From: Phyllosticta citribraziliensis
Lineage: Eukaryota
Direction of reading: 5' to 3'
Length of the DNA stretch: 64,000 nt
Assembly (NCBI RefSeq): GCF_038025025.1
Contig: NW_027117340.1
Span: 1,178,001 to 1,242,000 of the forward strand
Part shown: positions 46,924-59,769 of the stretch, one piece after another
Position numbering within the stretch: the stretch's first letter is position 1
Layout of the letters: each line of letters opens with the position of its first letter
Program-made: the position numbers and the translations under genes
Notes under the pieces: generated by a model
Told to the model about the DNA's origin: nothing
The model's database searches: none
What the model saw: only the letters and a program-made list of their open reading frames with translations

Positions 46924-49900
46924 ATGGAAAGTCATCGTGCCAAACCTCAAGACTGTGTGCCTCGGGTGGGAAATGAAGGCCTCGTTCGAAGGCGTCACAA
47001 GCGTGTCAATTCTCCATCTTTGCGCGACAATCCTCAAGCCCATGCATTCCCGGGAGACAAGCTCGAAGATGACCAGGAAATCAGATCAATAACCTCTTCC
47101 AATTCTTTCGCATCCAGCGGGATCTCAAAGTTGAGTGCACCTCGAAGAAAGCTGCCATGGCTTTCTGGGCATGGATCTCCACCTGCTAGCGGAAGTCCAG
47201 ATTTTTCACCTCCAGCTTTCGACTCCCGCAACCCGACGAGTGGCGTAGAATCATCAATTTCGAGTCTCAGGAAGTCGCTTTCAGGATCACCGCCTTCCGA
47301 ACAGCTCAGATACCTCGGAGCCAAAGAGCCTACCTCACCTCGTGCTTTGAATTTGACCTCATACACGCCGTCGGTCTATAGTGCTGCAGCGACTGCATCA
47401 GAGGATTCATATCCTTCGGTTTCTCACGCGAGGACCAAGTCGTCCTATGAAGGGCTGCTCGGGCCTTCGAGACTTGATGAAGTTGACGAGTACAATCATA
47501 GTCCGGACGAGTCTGGGTCAGGAATCAGTTCCGAATCGAACGACCCGCAACCTGATATCGCTGGCGATGCTGCGGCAGACAGGATCCCCTCCCCGTTTGT
47601 GTATCCCGTTGAGCTCTCTCCTTCTCCGCTTTCACCAGCTCCATACCAAATACCAAGCAATGCTCCGAGCCCTGTCCAGCCAGCACCAGTCGACCCGGGC
47701 CTGCACCGAGCCATCACAGGGCTAGAGAATTTGATCAAGCCACCGGCCGATGCCTCTCAAGCTGGGCCGAGCGTCCCTCGATCGCCTCGGACGGAGTCCT
47801 CTTTAGCCTCAAAAATGGAGCCGTTGGTGATCTCGAGCTTGGAAAGTATTCCTGCAACTGCCGCATCGTTGGAATCCTCTGTGAACCCCGGGCTTCCTGC
47901 ACCACGAGACGTGTCGAGCAACATTCAAAGACGCCCTTCGGTGTCGGTGCAGCCACTCAATATCAAAGTTCCACAACCCTCGCCGCCTGTGGTCGTCACT
48001 TCTGAGGAGTTTTATAGGCGTCCATCGAGAAAATCTGTAGCGGGCGACTGGGCCTACGTCAAGCACAAAAGAGCGCAATCCAGTCCATCTGTCCAGTCTG
48101 CCTCAGAGTCGGATTCTGATCTTGAAAAGGGACGACAGGAAAGTACTCACTGGCGAGCGTGGCACAACAACACCAAGCGTCCCCATTACCGCGATGACCC
48201 CAACTACGTCGATCGGCACTATCATCCAGACAGCTCACTAAGGCAGAGGAAGAGAACCTCTCGGCGCAGCCAAGATCGTTCTCGTCAATCCGAACCAGGT
48301 CGCAGGGACAAAGTTGGACAACGGAGGAGGGAACACCGTAGCGAGCACCGTGAACGTTACGGAAAGCCACCAAAACGCCCTCATGAACCCAGGGTGGCCT
48401 ACGCAGATGATACAGGCATGTTCGGTCTTCCTGGCGTTCTGGGTGGACCTAGCACGTGGGACTTCTTCAAGCGACATCGACGACAGCCACTTGCGAGGAA
48501 CTGGGGAAAGACGAAAAAGAGAATTTGCGCTGCGATAACCTGTATCAACACTGCCTTGGTTGGGTTCTTAATCGGTGTATATGTAAGAGTTTACCGTCCC
48601 TCAAGTAGCTCAAGCTGATTGGTGCCAGGCAGGAGAAGTACCGCGGATTCAGTACGTCGTCGCTGATGAGAGCCACTCTGTGGTCTGGGGGAACTTTGGG
48701 TTGGTCAAACGTCCTCACAAGACAGAATTTTGTTGACCCTCGGACTAGACTCTACCTTGGACTAGCCATCACAACTTTCCTATTCTGGCCTCTTCCCCTT
48801 CTCCATGGCCGCAAGTCCTATACACTGGGAGCCTTGGCGATCCTGTTGCCCCTTCAGTTTCCTCAGGCTCTTGCTATTGACAGGTTGAGAGGCCCAGATC
48901 GACTCTATCGCATCTGTTTGTTGCTTCCTAGAGCCTTTGATGGTCTTGTTCTCGGCTTCGCCAACATCAACGGCTTCGCCACCCTTCTCGATCTCTTTGG
49001 TGCCTCTCTTCAGAGTGCCAATCCCCACCAGGAACTAGTCTTTGTGAACGACGTCCGTCGTCACGGCGGAGGGATGGGTCTATGGTTGGGCATATGGTCC
49101 TGGTGTTTCATGGCCAGTATCGCGGTGGGCTTCCTTGTTGGAGCTCTCATCATCAGCGACTTGAATCCAGCATGGGGCTTTTACATCGTCATAATCATCA
49201 TTGCTTCGGTCCTGGTGCTAAACGTCCTTGCGCCCGAGACTCGCAGAGCACGTTTCCGTAAGTCGACGATAGACCTGGTCGATCCAAGGTCCGATTTTGT
49301 CTATCGGCAAGTCGTTCAAGGAGAAATCAAGCTTCACATCTCTGCTGAAGGTCCAAGATGGTGGGGCGACGAGGTTGTCGCAGGAGTCAGACTGTCTTTC
49401 CGCATGATGTTCCAACTCGGCTTCAGCATCCTTGCTCTCTACATTAGTTGGATCTATGCGCAGTTTGTTCTCCTCATTGTTGTAAGTCTTCTGCAAGTCC
49501 TGTTTTGGTACATCCTAACTGTAGTATTTCTTCATAGCTCCTCGGCGCTCTTCTCTCGGGTTCATACATGCTCGCCCCCCGCCATGTCGGCGCAGGCGTT
49601 TCCGCTCTCGCCCTCGGCGCCCTGCTTGCCATCCCACTAACCAAAGCCGGTCTGTTCTCTCGTGAACGTACTCATGGGCCTCGAACAGACAGTATGACCC
49701 TAGAAACACAAATGACCTGGACGAGCCACATGACGCGTCGCATAATCTTCACAACTTGCCTTCCCCTGTCTGGACTCGCTTACACGCTCACATCTGCTGG
49801 GCGAACGAAACTACCTTGGGCGGTCCCCGTTGTATTTGCCGGAGTCGTCGGCTTTCTGAGTACGCTCGCTTGCGCCGAATGCATCGGCCTCCTTATGGAA

Positions 49901-50551
49901 GCCTTCGACACCTGCGATCTGCAGCCCGGCGCCAATAGTCGACATCGCCTCGTCAGCGCCCCTGAAGAAACACGACGTCGCCGCACGAACTACTCGTGTT
50001 TCCCGCGCGTTTCTGCCGGCTTCTTCGTTGCGCAGACAGCAGCTTTTGTCTTGGCCGCTGCAGCCACGTTGGTCGGCGGCATGATGACTCGACGATGGGG
50101 CGCGCAGACGAGCACAGGAGTCGTTTCAGTTGTCTTGTTGGCTTTGACGATTGCACTGACGGCTATCATGTGGCGATTCAGGAAGATGCAGGTCATCCCT
50201 GACAACGCTTTTGGCGGCGGTAGTGCCGGCATCAATGCACCTCACGAGTGGCGGGAGGCCATGATGGCACAGGACGCCAGGACAAGGCGACGCAACAAGC
50301 AGAGACGGACCAGGAGCCGCGCGCCGAGCGATAGCAGCCACGTGTCGGAGAGGGAGAAATCCAGCGAGGACGATATGGCGGACGTCGAGCTCGAGAATGA
50401 CGATGACTGGAAGCCCGTCGTCTTGGGTAATCCTTCAGGCAAGATTCGCCGCATGAACGTGCTCGAGTTGGGACAGTGGAGCAGGTGGAGCGAGATTCGA
50501 CGCTTGAATCGACTGCTGAATGAGCGTGGTCGTGGCCGGCTCGACCTTTGA
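46924..50551 (+). CDS. MFS-like multi-pass transporter (fungal 'polyamine transport protein'-like) with long disordered N-terminus; 4 exons
   Basis: RQPLARNW..KKRICAAITCINTALVG.LIGVY|AGEVPRIQY, FWPLPLLHGRKSY, LLDLFGASLQS.NPHQE, NYSCFPRVSAG, GNPSGKIRRMNVLELG. Start codon uncertain. Confidence 0.85.
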
Positions 50552-50860
50552 GAGCGCTTCATTTCAGTCGCTGTTGTCTTGTGGGGGTGTTGAAGTGGTA
50601 GATTGTTTGCTTGGGGGGGAAAATTGAGACAGGAGGTCGGAGAGGTGATTGAGGTTAGTATTCCTACACCTGAACTCAGCGTCTCTAGAATCCGAAGCAA
50701 CTCGGCCACGAATGCTACCAACGTTGACTCATGCTATAATCACCTCTCCCTGTTCGCTTTCTGATGGACTCTTTATTCTGCACATTGCGATCTGCTCATG
50801 CTGCTCTGGAAAATGACGTGTAAGAACGAGAGAAGAATCACGCTCGAACTTGCGACAACT

Positions 50861-52468
50861 CTAATGGCTACCATTGCACCCATTCACCTTGCCATACAAC
50901 GGCATCGTCCCCGGCGTCTCACGCAGCGCCTCCTCCATGATGCTCAACCCCTTCTCCAACTCTTCCTCTGTCGTCGTCAACGGCGGCGCCAACCGAAACA
51001 CACCACCAAAGCTCGCCATGGTTGACAACTGGGCCCACAAGCCCTTTTTCGCCATCTTGTCCGCCACGGCAGCCGCAACCTCTGGCGCACCTGTCTTCGT
51101 TTCGCAATCGGCAACGATTTCAAGGCCCGCCATGAGTCCGCGCCCGCGCACATCACCGATGCAGCCGTACCTCGCCTGTAGTATGCGCAGGCCGGATTGA
51201 AACTTGCCACCTAGACGAGCAGAGTGTGCGACGAGGTTGTCGCGCTCGACGATCTCGAGGACTTTGAGCCCGACCGCCGTAGGAAGTGGATCGTTGACGT
51301 GCGTCGTGTAGAAGAGGAACCCCTTTTCGCGCGTTGTGCGAGCGATGTCGTTGCTCGTGACGACGGCACTCAGGGGCAGCCCGTTGCCGAGCGTCTTGCT
51401 GAGCGTCAGGATGTCGGGCACGACGGCGTCGGCGTCGTGGCCGAAGGCGAACCAGTCGCCGGCGCGGCCGATGCCCGTTTGCGCCTCGTCGACGATGAGG
51501 AGCATCCCGCGCGCTGCGCAGTGCTGCTTGGCTGCTGCCAGCCACCCGTCCGGGAGCACCAGCATGCCGCCGGACGACAGGATGGGCTCGACGATGAGCG
51601 CGGCGAGGCTGCCGCACGAGGCGCGGTTCACCAGTGAGAAGCCGTAGGAGAGCTCGGTCTGCCAGTCGTAGGTGCCGTCGGCGTGGCGGAAGATGCTGCG
51701 GTATGCGTTGGGCGCGGGGAGGATCAGGTTGCCCGGCATCTGTGAAGGATGGATTAGCCACGGAAAATGTCAAATTGAAAGACTTTCTTTCGTCTCACCA
51801 TGGGTCCATGGCCGGTTCGTCCCGCGTGATACTGTGCTCCCGCTGCCTAAATCAATCATCAATCAACCGGGTCTTCTCACGTTGGCACTGGGAATGATCA
51901 AAACCTACCACGCCAGTGACGCCATGCCAGCTCGCGGACAAGCCAACAATCTCGAATTTGCCAGTGTAGCTCTTGGCCAGCTTGATGGCCGCCTCGTTAC
52001 TCTCACCACCTGTGCTGAGGAAGAAGGCCTTGTCCAGCCCGTCCGGCAGCAGACCCGTGAGCTTCTTGCCCAGTGCGATTGCAGGCGGCGACAGCATTCC
52101 GCTGAACAAGTGGTCAAGGCTCGCAGCGTGTGCGCTGATTGTTTCCACGATTTCTGGGTGTCCGTGGCCGATGAGGCAGGACTGTCGGCCGAGAATTCGT
52201 CAGTTGCTGGCCTCAGGAGGAAGAAGACGTTGGGTGGTGGTATGGGCAGAAAGGAGTGTGGGCTTCTAAGGATAAAGACACTTAAACATACCATCTGGCC
52301 GCTCGTCCAGTCCAGCATGGCGTGTCCATCAGCCGTGTATATCGACGTGCCCTTTGCACGGGTGATGATGTCTTTTTCGAATTCCGTGCCAAAATGAAGC
52401 ATGCAGTCCGCAGCGTCGGCTTTGAGCGCCTCGGCGTCCACATTTGCGTACAATTCTTTTGCTGCCAT
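50861..52468 (-). CDS. Class III PLP aminotransferase, 2,2-dialkylglycine decarboxylase-like; 3 exons
   Basis: LDWTSGQM, LSTGGESNEAAIKLAK, LSASWHGVT, IVEPILSSGG, DEAQTGIGRAG, PDILTLSKTLGNG (PLP Lys), YTTHVNDPLP, GDVRGRGLMAG. Confidence 0.9.
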
Positions 52469-52610
52469 GGTATGTTGCCTTTTCTACTCTTGTTGAAGCT
52501 CAAAAAAAGTGGAAAGGTTCAAGGATGTGTGTGATTCGTCTTTTTGTTGACAGGCTTTTCGAAACGTAAAAGGCGAAAGATGGTGACAAGCTTCGAGGTT
52601 TGGACAGGCG

Positions 52611-52852
52611 TTTTTATATCCTGCAACCGACTCCGCCGATCCGACTTATCGGCGGCCTCGTGTGTCCTGGAGCAGCTTATCGCACACAACATCCCCTGCA
52701 AGAAGCAAGAGTTGACTATTCACTGGAGCGTCGTGAAGGTGGCTGCCATAGCGGGGTGGTGGGGCACGGAAAACGGGAAACGGGAAACAAGGGCGAGGAA
52801 GTTTTCCGCCATCGGCCAAAGTTGTCGGGAAACTTTTACGCCTGCTTCCCGA
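52611..52852. promoter_or_regulatory. DGD promoter: TATA box, two GATAAG sites, CCG/CGG inverted repeat and five CGG(G/A)AAAC motifs
   Basis: TATAAAAA (minus strand) ~52618-52611; CTTATC at 52645 and 52676; CCGCCGAT-N7-ATCGGCGG at 52633-52655; CGGAAAAC 52767, CGGGAAAC 52774, 52781 and 52826, GTTTTCCG 52801. Confidence 0.6.
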
Positions 52853-52955
52853 GTACGAGAGGACGGCACTGCAGTTGAGCTATTGAGTGATACTTTCCCT
52901 CCTTACCCTTTTGTCTTCTTTCAATTTTCTTTTGTCTCCATGGAACTGCCGGGTT

Positions 52956-54951
52956 TCAAAGATCGTGGATGTTTGTCTGCCATACGTCCCATAGAGGATC
53001 CCAGAGCCCTTCCAGCGACTCCATGGGCATGTAAATCCCAGAAGCACCCTGTCCAGCTTCCGGCATATGAAGTACTCCTGAATCCAAGCCAGAGCTCCGA
53101 TTCGCACGGCCCAGATGTGTCGCCTCTGGCGCCTCTCCGCCCTCGGGCTCTGGCTCAGCCAGAATATTGGAAATGGCATCATCGCAGCGCTTGGTAAACA
53201 TATCCGCAAGGTCCCAATTCTCCTCATCTCTCGCGCGTCGAAGTCGGTCCTGCAAGGACGCCAACGCGTCTTTGCAACTCTGGGCCACGGCCGCTTCGGT
53301 CGTGTCCACGGCGCATCGAAGCAGGACGGTTCCAGCAGACACGAGCAGATGCGCGGCATAAGGCATCCAAAATTCCTTGAGATGGGCCGGCTGTAGAGAG
53401 CATACGTATTCGGAAATTTTGATCGCAGATGCACGAACGGTACTGAGGTAATACTTTTTCGTCGTATCGCGCTCATGGCCATTCTCTTGACTGCTTGCTG
53501 TGCGCAGGCCGAGTCGGCACAGCAGCATTTTGATAGACAGAAAGCCGAGGAAGAGGCTGCTGGCTCCTGCACAGGTGATCTGATGAGTTGGCTGCTTGAA
53601 CTGCTGGGGGAGCTCCTCTTCCCACTGATCAAGGCTACATTCAAAGCGGCGCAAGTCTTTCCAAACATGGGGTTGGGTTTCATTGCTGAGGTCATAGACC
53701 AGGGGTAGAATATCTCCAAGGATTTCGGACAGTTTGCAGAGCTGTATGAAGGATTCAGCACCAGCCTCTCGCTGGCGGGCCTGTTTATTTGGCGTGAAAA
53801 GGTCTGAGAGAACCGGCAAAGGTACGTCGTACTGCCTCCGCAGTACCGAGGGCGGAACACCGTAGGCAAAGCTCGACCTACAAATTCTCAGTAATCTTAT
53901 TCGCAATCAGCCACTTCCATCGTACCTACCAATGATCGTGAATCAGCACAGCCCAAAAGAGGCGTATCCGCGAACGAATATCCGTCGATGACATGCTGCA
54001 AACGCGCGGATCTCTATTGAGTCCCAGGCTATGAGCAAGCGCCACTGTCCGACCTGCATTCACCACATTGCCTTGGATGGCCCCAAGCGGTCTGCCAGAC
54101 AGGTCGATGAGTGCTGGGTACAGGGTGGCTAGATGCGGCGCCAAAAAGTCTTCCTGGAGCGCGGCGATGGCCGACTCCCAAAAATATTGCGAGCTTGGGC
54201 ATGGGTGACACTTCAAGGTGTCGGAGCAATTCCAGTATGTCAGAGATATGGCGTATATTTGACAATAAAGCGACGAAGAAACCCGAGACGAGCGGCTCCA
54301 AAACGCCTCTTCGTCGACAACTGGGAAACACGGATGCACGCATTCAAAGTAGAGCTTGACGACATGGTCGGCGAAGGGTCCAAGGATCTGCTCCAGAATT
54401 TCGCGCTGACCGCGTCCGGGATCTTTGGCGGGCCGCGAACCTTCTCGCGCTCGCGGGATAGCCATGTGAAGGACGGGCTTGCCTGGCGTGCTGGATGCAA
54501 CGGTGTATCTCTGCGCGGGCCGTTTTCCGGTGGAGCCCGTCTCGAGATGATGGAGTAGTATTTGGACATCTTCTGCGACCATTGGCGCAATGATGATGGA
54601 CGATTCTGCTGTGCTTGAGGGGTTTGGTTTGTCCAGCTGCGATTGGTCCTCATGGCGCACAGGCAGACCGGGCGACGATGGATTCTCCAGAGATTCATCT
54701 CTTCGTAGGGTCAGTTGGTCGTGCGCTCTCCTTGCTCTTTTTCGCGGCCTCTCTGCCTGTTTCCCACTGCTTTCTGCATCCGGGGCTGAGCGGGCGGATG
54801 CATGGTCGAAGAGGCAGGCGAATCCTTTCGTTTCGCAGAGCTGACACGGCGTCCCTGGAATCAATATGACGCAGCGCACCTTTCGTTGACGACATTTGTC
54901 ACAAGCTGGTACACGATGGCTGCGGTACGGTCGGGCTTGTTGCGTCGCCAT
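52956..54951 (-). CDS. Zn2Cys6 transcription factor with fungal TF domain; 2 exons
   Basis: RPYRSHRVPACDKCRQRKVRCVILIPGTPCQLCETKGFAC, VHPCFPVVDE, AHSLGLNRDP, RLFWAVLIHDHW|SSFAYGVPP, WDLAD. Confidence 0.92.
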
Positions 54952-55297
54952 GGTGCGCAAAGGGAAGATGGCGTGCAGATGCCGGGATAAACGTGGCCGT
55001 CGTGGCGCTCGGTAACCTGCTGCGGCGTCGATCCGAGTACCACCTTCTGGGAAGGAGAATGTGCGACTTTGATCAGGTTACAAACTCACATGGTCAAAAT
55101 TCTGTTGATTTGAATAGTTGCAGACTTAGAGATCAATTTGCAATGCCTTCTTTTCTCGATGCTGCAGTGTATCTCTCTCTAATACTTCTTGCATTATTTA
55201 CAAGGACCAATACTTTGATACTCATGAAAGATTGAAATCCATGAGACATCTATTCCTCTTTGCCTTTATCGCCTCTGCACATCTACCTCCAAATGTC

Positions 55298-57418
55298 TCA
55301 GCTAGATGTTGAAAAAGCGCTCTGGACAGAACCATATCTGCAGCAAGTTAGCACGACTCAAGTCAGGAATGAAATTCAGTCTTACCCCTGTGGGCATTGG
55401 CTACCCAAGGCAACGCTTCCACTGCGCATGTAGCAAATCTTGGCCTTCGCACAAGCCTCGGTGGTACAGTTAGGGCTCATAATGCTGCTCTTGCCCTGAA
55501 GAGTGTTGAACACGCTGACAAGCGTAATGTTACTTTCCATGGCTTCCGTGACGCGGTGCCAGAACGTCGCATTGAGCGGAGCGTCATCCGGCCACCCAGC
55601 AGCAGGTCCATAAGTGTCGCGAGTCGAGTACTCAAGGCTAAACGTGGGGCCGGTGGTGTCTCCCAGTTCGGAAAAGGACGACACGTCTGCCACGAAGGTC
55701 CACGCATCGACAATGTCAAATGAGCCGGTGTCGACTTCGTAGAGCCGGAATCCGGAATTCAGGTTGGTCAGGGGTGTCACGGATGGCCCGATCCAGCCCG
55801 TTGTCAGCGCATTCTCGGCATCTTGGAGAGTGCCGTTGTTGGCGTAGTAGATCATAAGTTGATCCTCGTGGGTGTGGCCGAAGAATATGTTGGCAATGAC
55901 ATGAGGGCTGTATCGCTCGACTATTTGGTAAAACAAATCTGTTGGATTAGGGATCGGGTTTGTGCCATCCCAACCGGAGAGTACATGTCCAACAATCCAT
56001 ACCCGCTCACCATCGTCTTCTGCGGCTTGCAGCTCGTCGATCATGAATTTGAACATGCCAGAGTTGTCTGGGTCCGTTGTGTTGATGAAGTTGAGGTAAT
56101 TTGCCTTGTACCAGAAATCGGTGTTGAATGTGATGATGCGGAGACCGAAGTGGTTCTTCATGCTGTAGGCACCATAATGAGTGCGAGCCTGGGCAGCCTC
56201 GGCTTCACCAATCCATCCCTCGTGCAACCAAAGACCAGCAACGTGGTCAAAGTTCCACGACTGTTGCTGGCCAAGAGGGCCAGGCAAATTGTGCGGAGCA
56301 TCAATAGCTTCTGGGTTGCTATCGTGGTTACCCAGGGCTGCAAAGATCGGGCCTGTAATGTACTTTTTGAACACATCGAACAGGCTCGTCTCGGCGTACT
56401 CAGTGTAGGCTCTTGAAAGCTGGGTTTGGTGGTCGTGAGAAACCAGGTCACCAGTGTACACGGTCCAAGCCAGGGGATTCTTCTCGTTAGTCCCAGTCAG
56501 CGGGCCAACAGCTTCCAGCGCAGCTAGACCGAGGTCATAAGGCGAGTCGCACTGGAAGGCCCCGTACAGAGGAGCCGGGAAAGAGATTTGATCCGAGCCA
56601 CGAAGGTCGGTGTTATGGACGTTCGTGCGACAACACATGCTGGAAGAACAGTTTGCTTCTGAAGCAACGGAGTAGCGGGGATCCAGGTGAAAGTCGGACA
56701 TGTGCAAAACTTTGACTCGCTTCCCACTGGCCTTGGGCGAGGTGGCATTGGCGGGCTTCGGCTTGGGGAAAAGGATGGAGGTATCGAGCGGAGCCGTTGT
56801 GTAGACCGGACAGAACTTGTTGATTGAGTAACATATGTAGCGGCCATCGGATCCAGCCAGGTCAGCAAAGCGGAGAATTTGTGTCCAGATGGCGCCAAAA
56901 GTGGTAGCCTCGAAGTCTTCCTTGCACGTGGAATGGGAGTGCAAGCCGTATTTCTTACAGAGCTTCACCATGGCTTTGGGAGCTGTCGAGGGTGCGTACA
57001 GAGCCAGCTGTTTGGCCACAGAAAGGGCATCGAGACATTTTGAACAATTGCTGGCTGTGTTGTTGCCCTCGATGATGGTTGAGACATTACCGATTACAGC
57101 GTCAACCAGCTGGTCGACCTCGCACGATGAAAGATTCAGGATTGGCTCCGGGTAAAAGATGGGATCCGTACTTTGATCCGGGATGGTCTTTGGATCGGTC
57201 AAGTTCAGCGGAAAGGTAAGATTCAATATTGGATCGTAAATGGCAGGCTGTGGTTGTTGTGTCGCTGCGGGTGGAACATGGTACGAAGAAAAGACCGACG
57301 TCGGGAACCCTGGAGGAGCGACGAAAGATGACAGGCCGGGAGCCGTGTGCTGAGCGGAGGAGCTCAGGGCTAGATAGACCATGGCCATGGTGACTGGTGT
57401 TGAGCGCAGTCCGGCCAT
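55298..57418 (-). CDS. Secreted acid sphingomyelinase-like calcineurin-like metallophosphoesterase; 2 exons
   Basis: Signal-peptide-like N-terminus and saposin-like Cys pattern. Motifs HMSDFHLDPRY, YTGDLVSHD, ALGNHDS, WIVGHV, FFGHTHED, GPSVTP. Short terminal exon YGSVQSAFSTSS. Confidence 0.92.
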
Positions 57419-58659
57419 GCTGGGGCCGAGGAAACGGATATAACGAACGGAACGCTTGCAGCTGGCAGGGCCATGCCAGGCATACAACAAAGCTTATGTA
57501 TCATGACTGATGGACGCATGCTGTTTGTTGTGCTGGGAGGGGACTCGGGACCACAGCGAATGTGGGCTGAAAGAGTCAACACGTGCGCCGCAAGCGTGGT
57601 CCCTTGCGGCGAGCTAGTGCCGCTCTTTTCTGACCTTCCCCATCCATCGCCATATCTCGACCACCGAGTCGCTTCATTTTCGCGTTTTTTGTCTCAAAAG
57701 GCAAAATGTATCCATATCGAGTGCCGATAGCCGCGGGATGACACTTGAATGGTATTTTTTGGGGGGGGTCCAATTGCGTGGTGCGGCGCAAACAAGCCTT
57801 TCGTCCCGCTGCGAGGTTGATCAGACAACATATCCATGCGTGAAATTGTAGAAAATAATCCCTGGAATTCTTTTCATGGACATGTGCCTTCGAATGCGGT
57901 TCCACAACAGATTGAGACTTGTCGTCTGTCCAGCGTCGGCGTGAATCGCTCCCGCACTCACTGACGTCAGATGATCCACCATCCCAACTGCCTGCCGCGT
58001 GGGGTGCATGCAGAGAAGTCGAAACTTCAACGAGGACTCGCGACGCATGTTTCTCCTCCAGAATCCCGCATGACTGCTTGTCAAGATAAAACTCAACTGA
58101 ACCCGTGCCCCTCTAATGCAGAATGCAGACAAGACTGAATTTTTCGAGAAGTGAATCCTGGCAGGTCCACGCAGGTATTCCAAACATGTTCCACAGCGAC
58201 CATTTGCCCACGCAAAACCATCTTTCGGTGCGGCTGGGAGATTCAGAAATCTGCAGCTTTATGATGTAGTGACGAAGCTGTCGAATCTTCCGCTCGAGTG
58301 AAAGTCTTGGTTGAGTTTGCATTGACTCTTGGGTCGCTTTCCATACGAATGCTCATTAGATTGAAGCTGGTGAACCCCATCCAGCGCGCATTTTGTAGTC
58401 GACGTTGAGTCTGAGTGAATTAGCTTGGCTCTCTTATGCTGGCATAGACTCTTACCTCTGGCCGTTCATTCCATAACATTCAACTAAGCTCTTTGCGAAG
58501 CATCTCGAATTTTTGGTGGCAGCACTTTTTGGAGAGCTCCATTGGTCCTCTTGTTTTCGCTGTGTCTGCGCCTTGTCTTCAAACGCGTCCCAATTCGCAA
58601 TGATCACCCCACCCGATGTCGCAAGCGTCATGTCAAAGGGGTGATTTCCAAATGGAGAT

Positions 58660-58893
58660 TCAGAGAGTCGCTCTCTCTTGGACCAAATTTTCCAGCGGAT
58701 AATTCAAGTGAGAGTCGAGTTTTTCGTAAGACTTTGGGGCCGTTGGTCCACCATGGCCGGGGCAACTACAGACCAGAGAGACAGCCCTTTTGGAATATGA
58801 AGCCTGCGCCTTGCAGCCTCTGTTCTCGCACCGCCTGGTGAGCAGGCGATATTGGCACTCGCAGAAGAAGATGTAGACGAGGTAGTGACACAT
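58660..58893 (-). CDS. Cys-rich microprotein (77 aa), MCHY...FFCEC type
   Basis: CAACCATG start; MCHYLVYIFFCECQYRLLTRRCENRGC...VCSCPGHGG; TATAAA (minus strand) ~58971-58966. Confidence 0.5.
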   Translation of the reverse strand: MCHYLVYIFFCECQYRLLTRRCENRGCKAQASYSKRAVSLVCSCPGHGGPTAPKSYEKLDSHLNYPLENLVQERATL

Positions 58894-59769
58894 GGTTGTC
58901 GTAGGAGATGATGGCCCGGAAAACTTTTGACTTGAAGGAGTGTTGGAAAATAAATTGAGACGGTGTTTATACAGTTGATGGCAAGGAAGAGAACAGATTG
59001 GAGCCGTCAGAGAATACGATTCATTTGTAGGCGAGTGGTGAGTAAGGACCATAGCAGAGGCCGGGTACCTTTATAGCGAAGGAATTAAGATGACTACCGA
59101 AAGGTTCACGGACGCAAAGTGAAACTCGCTTGGCACTCGGGTCGAAGAGCGGCCCACTGCTTTGCGGGATGGGATCAAAGGGATAGGGAGGCTGGAAGTA
59201 ACACTGCATGGTGATATGTTACCAACCTATGCGAGTTTGGCAAGATCGGTCCATCTAGCCCAGGAGGGAATCCTTAGGAGAGCTCGTGTTACCCGAGTGC
59301 AACAAAAGTTGACAAAAACAGCTAACAAGGCTGCAACAAACAAAGTAAACCTACGTGGCAAATATCAGCGTCAACTGTATGGTGTTGCAGGGTATCTTGT
59401 CTTCTATTTTGGGGGCGGAAGATGATCGCCTTGACGGGAAGAGCTATTTGTACATCAATCCGGCCCTCTCGCATCGACCTGGTATTCGTGGTTCCGCAAG
59501 AGCATGTCTGGGGCGTCCAGGCCATGGCCCCCAGGGACGGTTGGACGCAGGTTCATGACCCAGTCGTTCGATTTGAAACGAGGCCGGGGTCTATGGGGAG
59601 ACAATGGCGCTGCCGGAGACTGTAGACTCTATGGCCCGAGGAAAGTCTAGTCTGCGAGACTGTCAAGGTGGAGAAACTCCATCGCAAGGGAGGTTCGGCT
59701 CTGCGACGGGGGTGCGGGTTCAGAGAAGAACAGTGCCTAAATCCGATCTAGACACGCTTCATATGATCT

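Noticed and set aside
59162..59760. Short overlapping + strand ORFs downstream of TMA23
   Set aside because: No consistent gene model could be assembled.
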